DNA of 62,000 bases from Acanthaster planci. Its lineage: Eukaryota. The notes beneath the pieces are model-generated. The model was not told the DNA's origin. It saw only the letters and a list, made by a program, of their open reading frames with translations, and did no database searches. Shown here in pieces: positions 12,750 to 25,827 of the stretch; position 1 is the first letter of the stretch; every line of letters starts with the position of its first letter. The translations under genes were made by a program, and so were the position numbers. The stretch lies in assembly GCF_001949145.1 (NCBI RefSeq), contig NW_019091401.1, positions 434,001 through 496,000 of the forward strand, given 5' to 3'.

Positions 12750-15512
12750 TTGCCTAGTCCTTTTGGATACTGCTTATTTGCAATGTTCCGGAGGTACCGC
12801 CTGCAACATTGGGAATGTCCTTTTGTGTAGGTGATGCAGTTACTGTTGCTGTACATGTACTGGCGCTTGGTACATCACATATAGGGAGATTTTGTATCTT
12901 GCAGTGGACAAGTTCAGGGGCAATGTATTCTTTAATGAACTGTTCAGCTTCTGCCATCAAAGATGCCCACTTTTCTTGTTTTAGATCTATTTGCTGCAAA
13001 TGATAACCACCAGTTGTAAAACAAAATAATCACACCACTCCCTTCCTGTGACCCCTATCTGTGACGGTACCTGGAAAAAATACTCATTTTTTTCAGTTTA
13101 GTTGTCTTCATTTTAGGAGGAGTAGGCTTTTCCATGGCTATGCTGTGGGGACACTTTATTTTCAGTAATCCTAGCCCATAACAGGTACAAGTAACTAACC
13201 CATCAGGCGAAGCACCCAGGAACACCTTCTGTGGATGAACAACGATTCCACATTCTGAGACCTGAAAATGTGGATGACCCTTCTCCTTTTGAACCATTGC
13301 ATAAGCTTTCCTTGCAACTGGTTAAGTCAATCGTCCATACACTGTACCTTAGGTTTAGAGTATTTGGATTTAAAAGTCCATAGCCCATTACTTTTTTGAT
13401 GGTGATCTGGATTCTTGCTGCATGATGAGTTGTCGTCATGCATTGTTGCATTTCTTGTGACAACCCTTTTGATTGCAGAAGCAGTTATCAATCCAGAACG
13501 ATATTGCACCCATGCACATGTATTGTTTTCAGCTTGCCCACATGTCTCATTCTCTAGCAACCTAAATCTCAGCAGAAGGACGGTAAAGATTCTAGAAGAG
13601 CATAGACAGTTTCCTTTGATGCAGCAAGCTCTGAAAGGCTAGGGAGTAAGATACAATCATGTGATGTCTCAAATTGACGTTTGCTTGTGGTGGGTAGCTT
13701 GGAGTATCATCATATTTGTTGTTGATACCTGAACACTGTGGAGTCCTTACAGGTTGGATACACTGCATCAAAAAGACCCTCTGACATTGCGGTCATCTTG
13801 TTTACGACTGGATTAACCCTAGGGTGTGTGCAAAATCATATTAAAATTGGAAGATTCAGGAATGTTAGGGTTGAAGAGCTTTCTTACTGCTCTGTTGATT
13901 GGATTTTTTTTCCGGGAAAAAATACAAACTGATTACCGTGTTCAGAAGATACTTAAAGCAAAGCCAACAAATACAAATTCAGTTGATTCTCCCCACCTAC
14001 TGTACATCCTTTACTGAGGCCGCAGTTGTTTTTTAAATAATTTTCATTTTTATATTGCCCTAAAAGCTTCAAAAACCAAGCGAACATTAATGAAATGCAG
14101 TTGACTCTACTTACCAGCTGGATATCAAATAAACAGCCCCCAGCCATTTTGGTAATAAATTCTTGGCAGTTATGTTGGAAAAAAAAATAAGACTCTCATT
14201 CTCATTTTGAAAAACATGACAATCAATTGACATTGTGTACTTGGCCTAACTGAAAGTGCGCACTTCATACACGGCTCATACATGTACATGTACTGTACCT
14301 CCTTTCTCACTGCTCGGTTTTGCCCATTCCATGTCACACACTGGTTTTGCCTTTAATATGGAGCTAGCCCCCCACTGTAGATGTTCCATGTACAGGCTTG
14401 AGATGTACAACATGTACAAGGAATATCATTTCCAGACGAAGCACCAGTCATAAATGCATGGCCCAGCTTGAAGATCAAGGCAGTGACGTGGTTGCATGTC
14501 GATCCAAGTCTGGGTAAAGTAAAAAAATAAAGTAAATAAAACTTAATTGTATACCAATACACTGAACTTGCACCAGGGAAATTGTCCCAAAAAAGGGTAG
14601 CAGTGGTGTAGCTGCTCCCCCCTCCCACTAAAGACTTGTCCCGCTCCACTAGAACATGATGCATGATGGGAGTACCAAAAAATGTGGGGATACCTATCGT
14701 GCTCCCATCTACAAAATTTATATTTGCCAGGCCCCCCATGCAACTTTACGCTAGCTACCAAGGGGGAGAGAGAGTGAATAGGATGTGGGCCTGCATAGTG
14801 CACATTTTAATTAGCCTGGGATATATTGTTTACCGCTTAATACAAAATAAAATTACAATAAAAAATACAGTATAAAAATACAAAAACTCTCCTGGCAAAG
14901 CCACGACAGTAGGTGCTGTAGATCTTGCCTGAAGACTTTTCCACAGCAACCCAGACAGTGTGTGGAATGCTCTTTATGGCTTGTAACTGGGTGCTAGTTG
15001 CTTTCACAAAGCAAATATTACTCTGTAGTGTGACAGCATGGTAGAACACTTCATTGATCCACTTCCTTATAATTGGTAAGCAATCACTGTGGCAGAGTTT
15101 CTGCTCTCTGTCCCTTCCGAACAGAACGTGTACTTGGCTGACTTTAATACACAAGGGCTAGGGGTTTCTTTCAGTAGGCACTCCGCAATTTCAAAAGTAG
15201 CTCATCACTGGTGGCCAATGTCTCACTCCATGCTTTTCATTTAACCACTCATGGTCAAGTCAACCAGGGGATCTGGTAGATTTCTTCCATTGATATGCAG
15301 AAGCTTAGCATATTGAAATGATCTCAGTCTGTCTTTGCTACCTCGTCCGGATTTTCCTGTATGCCAAACTGTACAGCGCTGTACGCCAATGCCTTTAACT
15401 CAGCTTTTCGTCCTGTAGTTTTTAGTCCTTTTACCCTCAGAAAGTCTTTCAGTGTTGGCACTTTCTAATGCTGAATCTCCTCTAAACGTGGGCTAGCTGT
15501 TTCAGAATTCAT
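12750..15512 (-). pseudogene. ISL2EU accessory gene: SAP + SWIM + YqaJ (lambda-exonuclease-like) nuclease, spliced and decayed
   Basis: N-terminal SAP (VPTLKDFLRVKGLKTTGRKAELKALA). SWIM split by an intron (KIYSTYC.. / LGSTCNHVTALIF). YqaJ motifs ETCGQAENNTCAWVQYRSGLITAS and ECGIVVHPQKVFLGASPDGLVTCTCYGLGLLKIKCP. Confidence 0.9.
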
Positions 15513-16329
15513 GACAAATCTAATTTCATGAATTTTGACATCAATGACACAGGTTTGTTGACCATTTTGCTGTAATCAAAAGGCACGACCACATTGTTTC
15601 CAGTGGCAACACGTTGTTTATCTTCTAAAATGGCGGCATATTACCCACAGCGCATTGTGCACTGAGATTACGAATAGGCTACTAAAAATCTTCCAAGCTA
15701 GTATCAAGACACTTTAGCATACCTGTATTAAAGTACATGTATTTTCAGAATTCTAACATTGCATACATGTGCACTCTATTTCGGCCTATATTGGCCTACT
15801 GACATGTGCAAGAGCCTTGTAATTTGGGCAGGCCAGGCACTTGAAAAACTTGGTTCCCGATATACTTGTACTTCTGTGTTAAGTTGTCAGTTGCTGTGGA
15901 AATCAGTGGATTTGCAAAGACTCGGACTTGAACTTAGACCTTCTGGACTTGGACTCGAACAATGAGAACTTGCATGGCTACAAGGACTTGGCCCAAGCCC
16001 CTCTCCCTGATTTTTAACTTTATTTTACTGTGCAAGACTGGCGGTCTATGTGTTTATATGTCTGTGGTGCCGCGGTGCAAAATGGGAAAACAGAACGACA
16101 CGACAATGTTTAGAACGCCCCTTGGTATGTTTGTAAAGGTAGGCTAATTGTCCAAGTACAAAAGGATTTGCAAGGAATCATGCAAATACATTCTGTTCAT
16201 GGAATTTTGAAAGGTCCCATAATTGACTTAGTAGTTTACATTTTAATGAGTTGAAGTTTGTACTGTAGCGTGACATGTTACAGCAGACTGCCAGAAGTCT
16301 GTCATGTGTCTGTGCTGGGTCCGATGTCT

Positions 16330-16575
16330 ACAAGCAGGGTGGACGTTGGACCCTTCAGTTCTGGGGGTAGATAAGTGACACAAATTCTGCTTTTTTTAAT
16401 CAAAATTTTCCTTGAGAATGAGAGCAACCATTAAGCTTGAGGTACCCAGGCTAAGGAGGTTTTTACACCAAAAATCACGAAGGATTTCCTCATCATTCTT
16501 TCGTTTTCTTCCCAACGATTGCACCATACCGCACGTGTAGTGACAGCCAAGGGCCAGTTTAGCCGAGCTAGTTCT
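16330..16575 (-). pseudogene. Possible THAP-domain remnant
   Basis: Frameshifted translation gives CAVWC...WLLSFSR...KSRICVTY..KGPT, resembling a THAP C2CH pattern. Heavily degraded. Confidence 0.3.
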
Positions 16576-19500
16576 GTATGTCATTTTGACTATTTTTGGA
16601 GGTGGCAGTGTTTAACCAGTCACAGCTAGCACTGCACTTGGCCTGATGGTATCACTTACATGTAAGTCACACAGCTCAGAGGCCACTCATGTGATAATGA
16701 CAAGATTCCACCCCCTCCTCGATATATGGACAAACTGACCTTAAATTGGCCATGATTGGCACCTGCATGTGCACTGAATGTGTGATGTCCTGAATATGAA
16801 AAAAAGCACTTTGCACCATTGGTGGTCAAAGCCACATGCAGTATACTTACGAAAGCACAAAACTGGACTGGTTCCAATCTCCCGGACATAGAATTTCATT
16901 TTGTAGTGTCCAGAACCAATACCTCGAATGCGTTGTTTTTTCTTCAGAAAATACAGCCAATTGCGTACTATTCCTATTTGAAAAAAAAGTTCTTTTCCTC
17001 TGCTTCTAAAACTACTTCTTATGTGTTCTACGTTCTCAAACAAGTTCAGGTGAAATGAAAGCGTCCTTTACAAAATTTGTTGCAGAAAACATCTAGAAAA
17101 GAAAGTTTTACCAGCTAGATTTCTGTCTCGAACTTTGCCATTTTTTAACGGTTTGTTAAAAATCACGAGAGTAAAAAATCAACCAAAAAATACCAGGTGA
17201 TACATTATTCTGTGCACGTGATTCCAAATACTTGTTTGACAGTGCTGTAAACATTAGCATCCAATGTATGTTTAATCAAAATGACTTTTGGAGTTTCCAT
17301 TTTTTTTGTAAATTGGCCAAAAACTAAATGCATATTTTCCCTTGTTGTAGATTACACCATAAGTGCACGCACACGTATGTTGCGAACTCAACTACGTGGG
17401 CGTAACAGAAATGTACATGTATGTGATGTAATGGGTTTGTCAACAGCTGATTGCTCGCAGTACAGCTGAAAAACTTGAGGCAAATGTTACACAAGTTTCA
17501 CTCGTTAATTCACGGAAATTATTATTTATGAACTAATTTTTTTGAAATCTAGAAATTCTTAATTAGAAAATCAGCTTACTACAATGGCTCTGGCTGACGT
17601 TTCAAATATACGAGAAAAAAATTGGAATTGGAATCAGTTAAACCGACTCAGAACTAGCGTAGAAGTGTTGTCACTTCTGACGATCCCATAAGTCCAGAGT
17701 AGAAGCTTAGAATTATACTATGAAAGTACATGTAATTTTGTAGTTTCCCAATATACAAGGTGGACGACTGCATGACCACAATTCACTAGAATTATAGGAT
17801 TTTTTTCGCCGGAATTTGACCATGGAGTTATTTTTGAGATCCAGAATTAGGGAAGCGACTGTACATATGCATTATCCACTCGTACTGCACCCATGTATGT
17901 AGGCCTACGTACATGTACATGTAACCCCAAACCATCCGCTAGATGGCGAGTTCAGATTCAGTAAAAAAAGAAAATGCCCCAGAGAAAAGATCAGCTTTTG
18001 ATGATCTCCCTGTAATAGTCTTGCCTCCATTTCAACATGAGGAAATCTGATTCAAGGAATCTGGAGAAAGGGCCCAGGAAATACCTCAGATTGCACCACA
18101 GCACATCTATGTGTAGAATCCAAAATTTCCCCATGTCGTAATGGCTTTGCGCTCTGCACTGGTATCATGTGCCGCCCTGCTTTAATAATAGGCTGTGAAA
18201 AACACTGCTTGATATTATTACCTCAGTTTACATACACTTAAACAAAATTTTGTTAGGAAATAATTTTTGGGCAAGTTTAGAAGTGTCCATTTTGCACTGA
18301 AGGAAAAAAAAATTGGAAAATTGAACTACAATAAAAATTTGTTTGGAAAGTTGTAGTGGGTGAGTAAAATCAGGAGTTTTGAATTAGACTAGTAGGAGTT
18401 TGATAAAATTTCTTTTACTTTGAAATTTGAGGTAAAACTGTTGCTCCGGCAAGGCACTGGAGGCGAAAATATAAAACTGCGTCAAAGTTAGGGGGCTTCA
18501 ACAATAAATGAAGGATGTTGTTGTTGTGACAACAGTAAAAGCTGAAGGGGTGCATTGTGTTGTTTTTATTGTAGGAGGAAGTCATCAACAGAAGATGATG
18601 GAGCAAGGAGTGGCCAATGAGTGGGCAGCATCAGTGGAGAGCACAGAACCTGAGTAAGTTCCTTCCCAGCACCTGGTTATTCAGTGACAAGCTGGATTGA
18701 AGGTGAACTTCATTCCTGCAAGTTTACTCATTTCCCCCGTATTATTAGAGGTGTCTTAATGCCAACCTTCCCAGATCCTTCAAAATCCACCAGGAGATTT
18801 GTGGAAGATTGAGGAAGGTAGAGCCCAGCCCAGCCTCTTTGGCTTCAAATGGGACTTGATGTATCCGTAGAATTTTGGAGAATGTATTTTTCTGGGGATG
18901 ATTTAGTATTCAGAAAGGTTTCGAGGAACCACCATCTTTCTGTGCTGTCCTTACATCTTGCTGCCCAATAATCTTTACTTTGTCTGCACTTTGACAGCTC
19001 TGACAAGTTTGGTCTCACAGAAAATGATGATGACTTTGATGTTGGCCATAGCACAGACAGTGAAGGTAAGTACATTTGTCCAAAGACTGTGTGTAAAAAG
19101 GCCCTAGATATCCGAAACAAAATGAACAATTCTATACAAAACCTTTGTACTGTGACTTCCTTTGACAAATTTGATTATTCAATGCAGCTTTCCACTAAGG
19201 AAAGATACTGCTTACATTTTATGTTCATTTTTTCAATATTTTATGATGAAGTCACCACTCACTGCATAAGTTAACACCTAGAGTCAGTGATGACGTTCAT
19301 ATTTTATCTCCTATTTGTTCTTCTCAAGAAGCGGGCTCAAGAGAGACTCAGGTTCCAGTGAGGACCCAAGTGACAGCCACTCTGACAGTGATGAGGAGCA
19401 AGAACAGTGGATGGAGAAAACAGCAGGTAGATAAGCTGTCACTTGTCAGTCATTTTTGCACTCTGTGAAGAAATCAATTTTTGTAGGTAGATTTGGCCCT

Positions 19501-20179
19501 GGTACTTCTAACATACCACCTCACAGCCAGCAGCAATCCCCCAAGAATTGGGCTGTCCAATGCTGGATTTTTTACAAACTTTGTATGCATGACTTTCCTT
19601 CTCAATACAAACATTAAAGTTTTATCTCAATCTGTCATATGGTTTGACAGTCACTTGGAAGTTGGGAATGGCAGCGGAAAAGTATACATTCTTGGTTGAC
19701 CTCTCTCAGACAAAAAAAGGTGCTGTGCGAGAATGGTATGTTGGATTTTCACAAAATGGTGTTGGAATGACCAAAAAGAGTTATTAAAAAAACTCCAGAA
19801 GGCTTCTGGAAAATATGCACCTGGATAATATTGAAATATATGTTAAAGGGGGTAGATTCCCTCACCCCTCCCACCAGCTCTGTTGGGTAAAACTCAGAGG
19901 TTCTTCAAGAAATTTCCACTCACACAGCCAGAGTTTTCACAATTTGTTAAGTTGAAAAAGCAGTCAATGGGTATCTCTCCTGACAGAATTACATAAGTCT
20001 GTGGCAAATGACTGAAGCCACTCACTTGTGGCTTTAATCATCTAGCCACAACCTCAGCCTCAGCCTTTTGGACATCGCCTCAAAACCGCAACTCTGCTGG
20101 GGACATGCTAAAAAGTACATTTATTACAATGTATACAGACATAACTGCTCCTTTTTGTTTCTGTATTTTTACCAGGTGT

Positions 20180-20524
20180 TCAAGGTGATAGCAGGGTAGT
20201 CAGTCCCCTGCTTGTGGGCTCATCTTCTGGCGTCACTAGCCTGATAGAGGAAAGCGATAGCAGCGTAGCTGGTCCCCTGCCTGTGGGCTCATCTTCTGGC
20301 ATCACTGGCCTGATAGAGTAAAGTGATAGCAGCGTAGTTGGTCCCCTGCCTGTGGGCTCATCTTCTGGCATCACTGGCCTGATAGAGTAAAGCGATAGCA
20401 GCGTGGTTGGTCCCCTGCCTGTGGGCTCATCTTCTGGCATCACTGGCCTGATAGAGTAAAGCGATAGCAGCGTAGTTGGTCCCCTGCCTGTGGGCTCATC
20501 TTCTGGCATCACTTCCCCAGTAGA
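20180..20524 (+). repeat. 69-bp minisatellite, 5 copies, inside a putative exon
   Basis: Unit ...AGCGATAGCAGCGTAGTTGGTCCCCTGCCTGTGGGCTCATCTTCTGGCATCACTGGCCTGATAGAG; a 23-aa period is visible in the ORF track. Confidence 0.95.
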
Positions 20525-21119
20525 GTAAGCCATCTCTTGATTTCCAACAAGAAAGTTATGATTTTGGTTGTCGCAACATTTTGTTCAAAGGTACATGTAC
20601 AGTCCACCATTTTTCTTTTGTGGATTATTTTCCTTTGAAAAGCAACAAAATTACTCAGTCTAAAGAAGGGAACGCAAGAATGAACCTGATGAAGATGAAG
20701 TGTCAGCTTAATAGTGAATGCTCCATATTCTGAGAAAACTATTCTAGGACTTAGATTTCAGATCAAAAGTGGCTGAGTCGTGTTTTAAATTGCACCTAAA
20801 TTCAGCATCAGAGAAACATTCTCATATTCAGTCGAATGCAGCTACACCTTGTCACCCCCTGAACTGATGAATTATAGAAACTGCTAGTGTCTGTGAATCT
20901 TGTCAACACTTGCACGCATTTCTAATAGTAACTTTCCAAAAACTGAGAAGGTGCCTGCTTGAAATCATTGTTTCTTCATGATGACCGTTTGCCAGAAAGA
21001 ACAGTTTTTCACAGAATGTAGTCCTCTATCACCAAGTATGCTTTTTAACAATTTTGGATACCTTTTAAATAGCTGCAAATGATAGACTGTACAGTACTTT
21101 TAACCCATTTATCCTTGTA

Positions 21120-21396
21120 CAGGGTTCCCACAGTCATTAAAAATCCTGGGAAAAAGTTGTCCCAGAAAGTTATGGAGAACTCACAGAAAATTGGTCTGCG
21201 GTAAAGTCGGAAAAATCAAGATTGTACAAGGGTAATTTTGATGGTGGTTATAGTGCCAATGGCAGTCTTCCCGTTTATTATACCAAACAAATTTCTGTGC
21301 AGAGTGACATTAAATGCCATGGAAATTGTCATATTTTGGTTCTGGAAAGTGCAGGAAAGGTCACTGAATTTGATTTTCAGATTTCGTGGAACCTTG
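21120..21396. mobile_element. hAT-like MITE
   Basis: Ends CAGGGTTCCCAC and GTGGAACCTTG, with repeated GAAAA(A)GTCA-type internal motifs. Confidence 0.5.
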
Positions 21397-21407
21397 CTTG
21401 TAACAAT

Positions 21408-21696
21408 CAGGGCCCAATTTCTCGGCGCTGCTTAGCACATGATTTCACGCTTACAGAGGCTCTGCATATTTCATGCATAGCATAAACAGTAAGTACAGCC
21501 AAATGCATCCTAACCTTGGAGGAAAGATTTGCTTAACTTTAGTGATGTAACAACAGAAATCTCTATCTGCAAGCAACCGTAAGCACAACCACCCTGAGCA
21601 CCGCCATGAAATAGTGCTCAAGGTTAGCACATTTTCTGCTAGTTCGCATGATTTTTCTTCTGACCGTGTTAAGAAGCCCCATGAAATTGGGCCCTG
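21408..21696. mobile_element. MITE, probably PIF/Harbinger-type
   Basis: Perfect 14-bp inverted ends CAGGGCCCAATTTC / GAAATTGGGCCCTG. Confidence 0.8.
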
Positions 21697-24600
21697 ACCC
21701 CACCCAGCCTGTCACACCCTGCACTCCCCAGCACCCTATGGTTTTACGGATTTAACTGCGACCCACAATTAGAGTCTGTGTTGATGGGTTGAAACGTAGA
21801 TGTTTTGGTCATTTAGGGAAATTTTTATTATTACAGTGGACTGAAAAACTTTAGGTGACTTTTTCTTGTTTTTTTTTCATTTTTCCCTGTGTTTAGATTT
21901 GGGAAGGCCTCATTGCCAGGTGAATGTCCTGCCATGGCTGCCTACATGAACGTTGAGGCTGGCTAGTGTTATGGTGCCAGTGGACTGACCGATGACATCT
22001 CCAAAGTGAAGAGGCAGGTTACGTCATAAATAGCACAGGTAAGAATCCTGTGTTTCATATCATTGCTGGCTTTCTGCAAGGATGAATCTGGGAAAGGGAG
22101 AAGGGGCCAACTGGGGTTATTATGACCACAAAAGGAGCAAAAATTGTTTTCATTTGAAAAATGAAAGGATATTTCGGTCCATTTTACTTCCCTTCTTTTG
22201 AAAAGTGAAAATGTAGCTAACTCCTCAAACGACTTTAAAAATTAAAAAAAGTTGGCCCCCAGAATCAAGTTTGTTCCTGCTCCTCGAAAAAGCAGTTGGG
22301 TCTTGGATCCACCCTCAGGTGCTTGTGGCTAGCTTTTAGGGCAACCCTGACCAAGGGATGGTAGTGTGCATTGTCTCAACCAAGCAAGATGATAAGGATG
22401 AGGTTAACCACTTCCTGCCGGGGACTCCGGAATCGGAGACATATGGTCTATATGCGTGGCCGGGGTCTCCGAACTTGGACAAAGGAAACAGGGCCCTGTA
22501 ACAAAAGACCGTACCCCGAACAAAAGACCAGGCTGCTGGGCATTACCGACATTTTTCACTCTCAAAAGTGGGGATAATCCAGCCTTGTTTTGAAACCGTA
22601 TACCAGGGTTTGGGGCATTGACAGCGAGCGGTTTACCACTGGGGACAAAAGCGCTCCACCACCGCTCCACCACCGCAGGGATGACCCACACAGCACCACT
22701 GCACGCTAATCTGGCCCCTATTGAAAAGAGGTCAGCAGTGCACTGAGGCAGGTTCGTGAACAAAAGACAGTTATACAACACTGCACAATCTGGGCTCTGT
22801 TTACAAGGCTGCAGGCCTGGCTGAAATACTCAGGCGTCAATGAAGGTCACCTGTCAACTTAGAGTAGTGCCTAAAAATTACTTTGTGCGGCTATAAATGA
22901 CCGTTAAATGAAATGATGAATCTTTGAAGGATTTTGAAAATGGAAAAAAATGATAGTCATGCCGGCCCCGCATCATCAACATTGAAAAATGCCCAGGCAT
23001 GAAGTGGTTAAACCCTTGTAACCAGGGCAAGCTAGTTGAATGCACCCACTGTACTGGAATTGTTCACAATTCCCTGGCCTAAAGTTCCTTTTCTTTCATG
23101 GTTCGTTGCTGTTTCATGATAAATTACCATTGATCATTGGTCCACATTTCCTGAGACAAATTCAAAGAGCAATTTGGGTTTCATAGTTTTAATAGTAAAA
23201 CTCATGAAATGAAGTGTCTAATCATAGGCATAAATACCTTTAGACCAACAACAGCAGGGGCATAATTCAAGGAAAGTTTCCATTTTTAATAATGATGAGC
23301 AAATGGCTGCCTTGTCCCCTGGGGTTTTATGATTTGCTCTGCAGCACTGCTCTACACTAGAGAAGATGGATTGGGGGCAACTGTGGCAATTGTCCATCTA
23401 ACATTATTTGGCCCTGTTGGTCTTTCATTAAAGTTCTAACCCGGCGCAGTTCAATTTTTCTTCCTCTTAATATTGCCCATTATTACAAGCCATTAGTAGA
23501 AGCCAAGGTGCACATTATGTGAAATTCAGAGAAATTCCTGTTTAGTGGATGTATTGAAAGCAAATTTAACATATTTTCTCAAGTTTCATCTGATAGAGCA
23601 CTGAGAACTGTTTTCAAAACATTTTTAAAAATTAAACTCACATACATTATGAGGATTTGTTCAGGCTTTTTGAAGGTGAGCAATGAATATGGACAAAAAT
23701 TGAAGAGTTCATAGCTCTTGTTTAAAAGAGGATCAACTCAACAGACTTGTGACCACTGTTGAAATATTTCTGCCCACACTTACAGGATCAATCGTTGACT
23801 TCTGTAGGAGCTGTTGGTCCTTAGATATTTTAGGGTTGTGGTCTTCCCTGATTGATGTTACAGTGTTACTGTAAAACAGCGCCCTCACTTGTTAGGAAAG
23901 GGAGCAGACCTTTTAAGTGTTTAAAAATGTCACTTTTGATTCACTAAATCCTAAAGGGCTAGCAGTGACTGGAAAAATATTTTTAACAGAGTACAATTCA
24001 CAAATGCTTTCCAAGGTAATAGGTCAACAGTGTCAAAGGAATCCTCTTGTCATAACTCTTTTTTTGACATGAAAATGGAGAGAAAGCAATAGACAATAAC
24101 ATTTTTTAATGAAATAAAAGGTGTAAAACAAGGAGTGTACAAGGATCCTGTAATTTTTGAAGAAGTGTCTCAATTTCTGGTGCAACTTAGTTCCTTTGTG
24201 ATTGATTTCTTCCCCAGACCTCCTCCTATGAAAGCTGTGGGTATGCCCCAGGAGAAGCAGACCATGATGCTGATGAGAAGAGCGCCCTCGCCCCCTTCAA
24301 CCTGGACAGAAGGAAGATGGAGGACAAGATCCTACGGGACATCACAGAGATGATTCATGAGAATGTCAAGGCGAGGAAGTAACTCCGATAGATGCCAGTC
24401 CTCGCCTCCATCACTTTTTCTCAAAATGTCCTAAAGTGAAACACATACATGTACATCATTTTGCCACAATTGTCGCATTTTCTTTGGCCTAAAATCAAAA
24501 TGTTCCCATTTCCATAACGGGGGGGGGGAGTCCTAGCAAAAGAGGGTGCAATTTGCAGAAAAAAGAGGGTGCTATTTCCTATGTTGAAATGTCAGTTGAT

Positions 24601-25249
24601 ACACATACATATTTGTGTGTTCTTATTCATGTAAAACAATTCTCTTGTGTGGCTGCTTGTTTTGTTGTTGGCTCATAACGTGGCCGTTCCAATTTCGGAG
24701 TTTATTGACATCTTAACTTTCGAGTCACTGTCATCGGTCCAAATTTTTTTTTTTAAGTTTCAAGCAAACTTGTGATGTTCAGTAAAAGTGCGCAGAAAAT
24801 TTGGGAGCCAAGAGGCATGTTCTGTATACCAAATTGTTCAGTATAGTGACGTTGTACTGTACTTACATCCACATTATTCATGACTTACGAGGTACTCTTT
24901 AAATTGAATAGACAATTGGTCGGTTTGCTTTCAAAGAAAGACTATTGCTTGCCTTTAATTTCTTTCTTTTCATCGTAATGCATTGAATCAAATTAATGCA
25001 CATTCAAAAACATTCATGTGCATGTACTTAATTCCCATTTGGAAAAACGGTAGACACTTCAATACTACTTCTTTTGAGGAGAAAAGCTTGTAAAAATTGC
25101 ACATTTTTAAATATTGAATGGTGTTCCTATTCAGGCAGCCAAATACCAGCACTGTTCAGTCAACCCAGTGGCTATATTCTGAACCTCACTTTTAACAAGT
25201 TCGCCCCCCGAACAGAGATATAGTCAAATGGGAAGAACCACTGATATTG

Positions 25250-25322
25250 GGCTGGATAGCTCAGTTGGTAGAGCACTGGTACAATGTTTCAGGGGTCGCA
25301 GGTTCAAATCCCACTCCGGTCA
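25250..25322 (+). pseudogene. tRNA-like pseudogene or SINE head (possibly Ile-derived)
   Basis: Acceptor stem GGCTGGA/TCCGGTC, A-box TAGCTCAGTTGG, B-box GGTTCAAATCC and a T-run terminator. The anticodon arm is degenerate (loop ACAATGT, no U33). Confidence 0.75.
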
Positions 25323-25827
25323 ATTTTTTTTTCATCTTTAAATTCTATGTGCATTTTTTCCAAGCTGTACATCCACATTGCCAGAGCATTAGAAAAGTCT
25401 CTCACTTAAAATTATCACAAAACTGCAAGTGGCAAACTGTAGTCAGTGCTGAAAGGTCATTACTGCAAAATGTAATTTTTGAAAACACTCTATGGGCCTT
25501 ACTCCGTGTACGAAAGACATATTAGATTAAAACTTTTTTTTAGTGATAAAACTAGTTTTTTGCAGCCAACATGTTTAAATTTTAACCAATTCTGTTTAAA
25601 ATGTCTAAAACAATATTTTTCACGAAACACCTTTTCGTGTATTCTAAGGACCTTTTAGCACTGACATGAAATTTTTCATTTGAAAAAATACCTTGCAAAA
25701 ATGTTTTGTATGTAAAACAATCATTTATTGCTATAACCAGTTAATTTCTATTTGCAAGTGAAATAAATGCTCATTTATTTAAACTAGCAGAACAACTTGT
25801 TTGTACATGTATATCTATGTGTAAAAC

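Larger units (their letters stand above)
10260..15680. mobile_element. ISL2EU-type (PHIS) DNA transposon, decayed copy 1, left end missing
   Basis: THAP-HTH-DDE transposase (+) convergent with a SAP-SWIM-YqaJ gene (-). Candidate right terminus ...ACGAATAGGCT at 15680. Confidence 0.85.
18575..24382 (+). pseudogene. Multi-exon gene or pseudogene for an unidentified acidic, Ser-rich protein
   Basis: AG/GT-bounded exons 18575-18653, 18998-19065, 19329-19426, 20176-20524, 21897-22038 and 24218-24382. Splice phases are coherent except for a probable frameshift in exon 3. In-frame stops in exons 4 and 5. Last exon reads TSSYESCGYAPGEADHDADEKSALAPFNLDRRKMEDKILRDITEMIHENVKARK*. Confidence 0.6.

Noticed and set aside
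20180..20533. 117-aa repetitive minus-strand ORF, or a CRISPR-like array
   Set aside because: Simple 69-bp tandem repeat with no unique spacers. The splice signals are on the plus strand.
22343..23028. GC-rich intronic segment, possibly a SINE or LINE 5' end
   Set aside because: No clear Pol III boxes, TIRs or TSD that I could verify; left uncalled.
25250..25322. Functional tRNA gene
   Set aside because: Mismatched anticodon stem and non-canonical loop; better explained as a tRNA-derived repeat.
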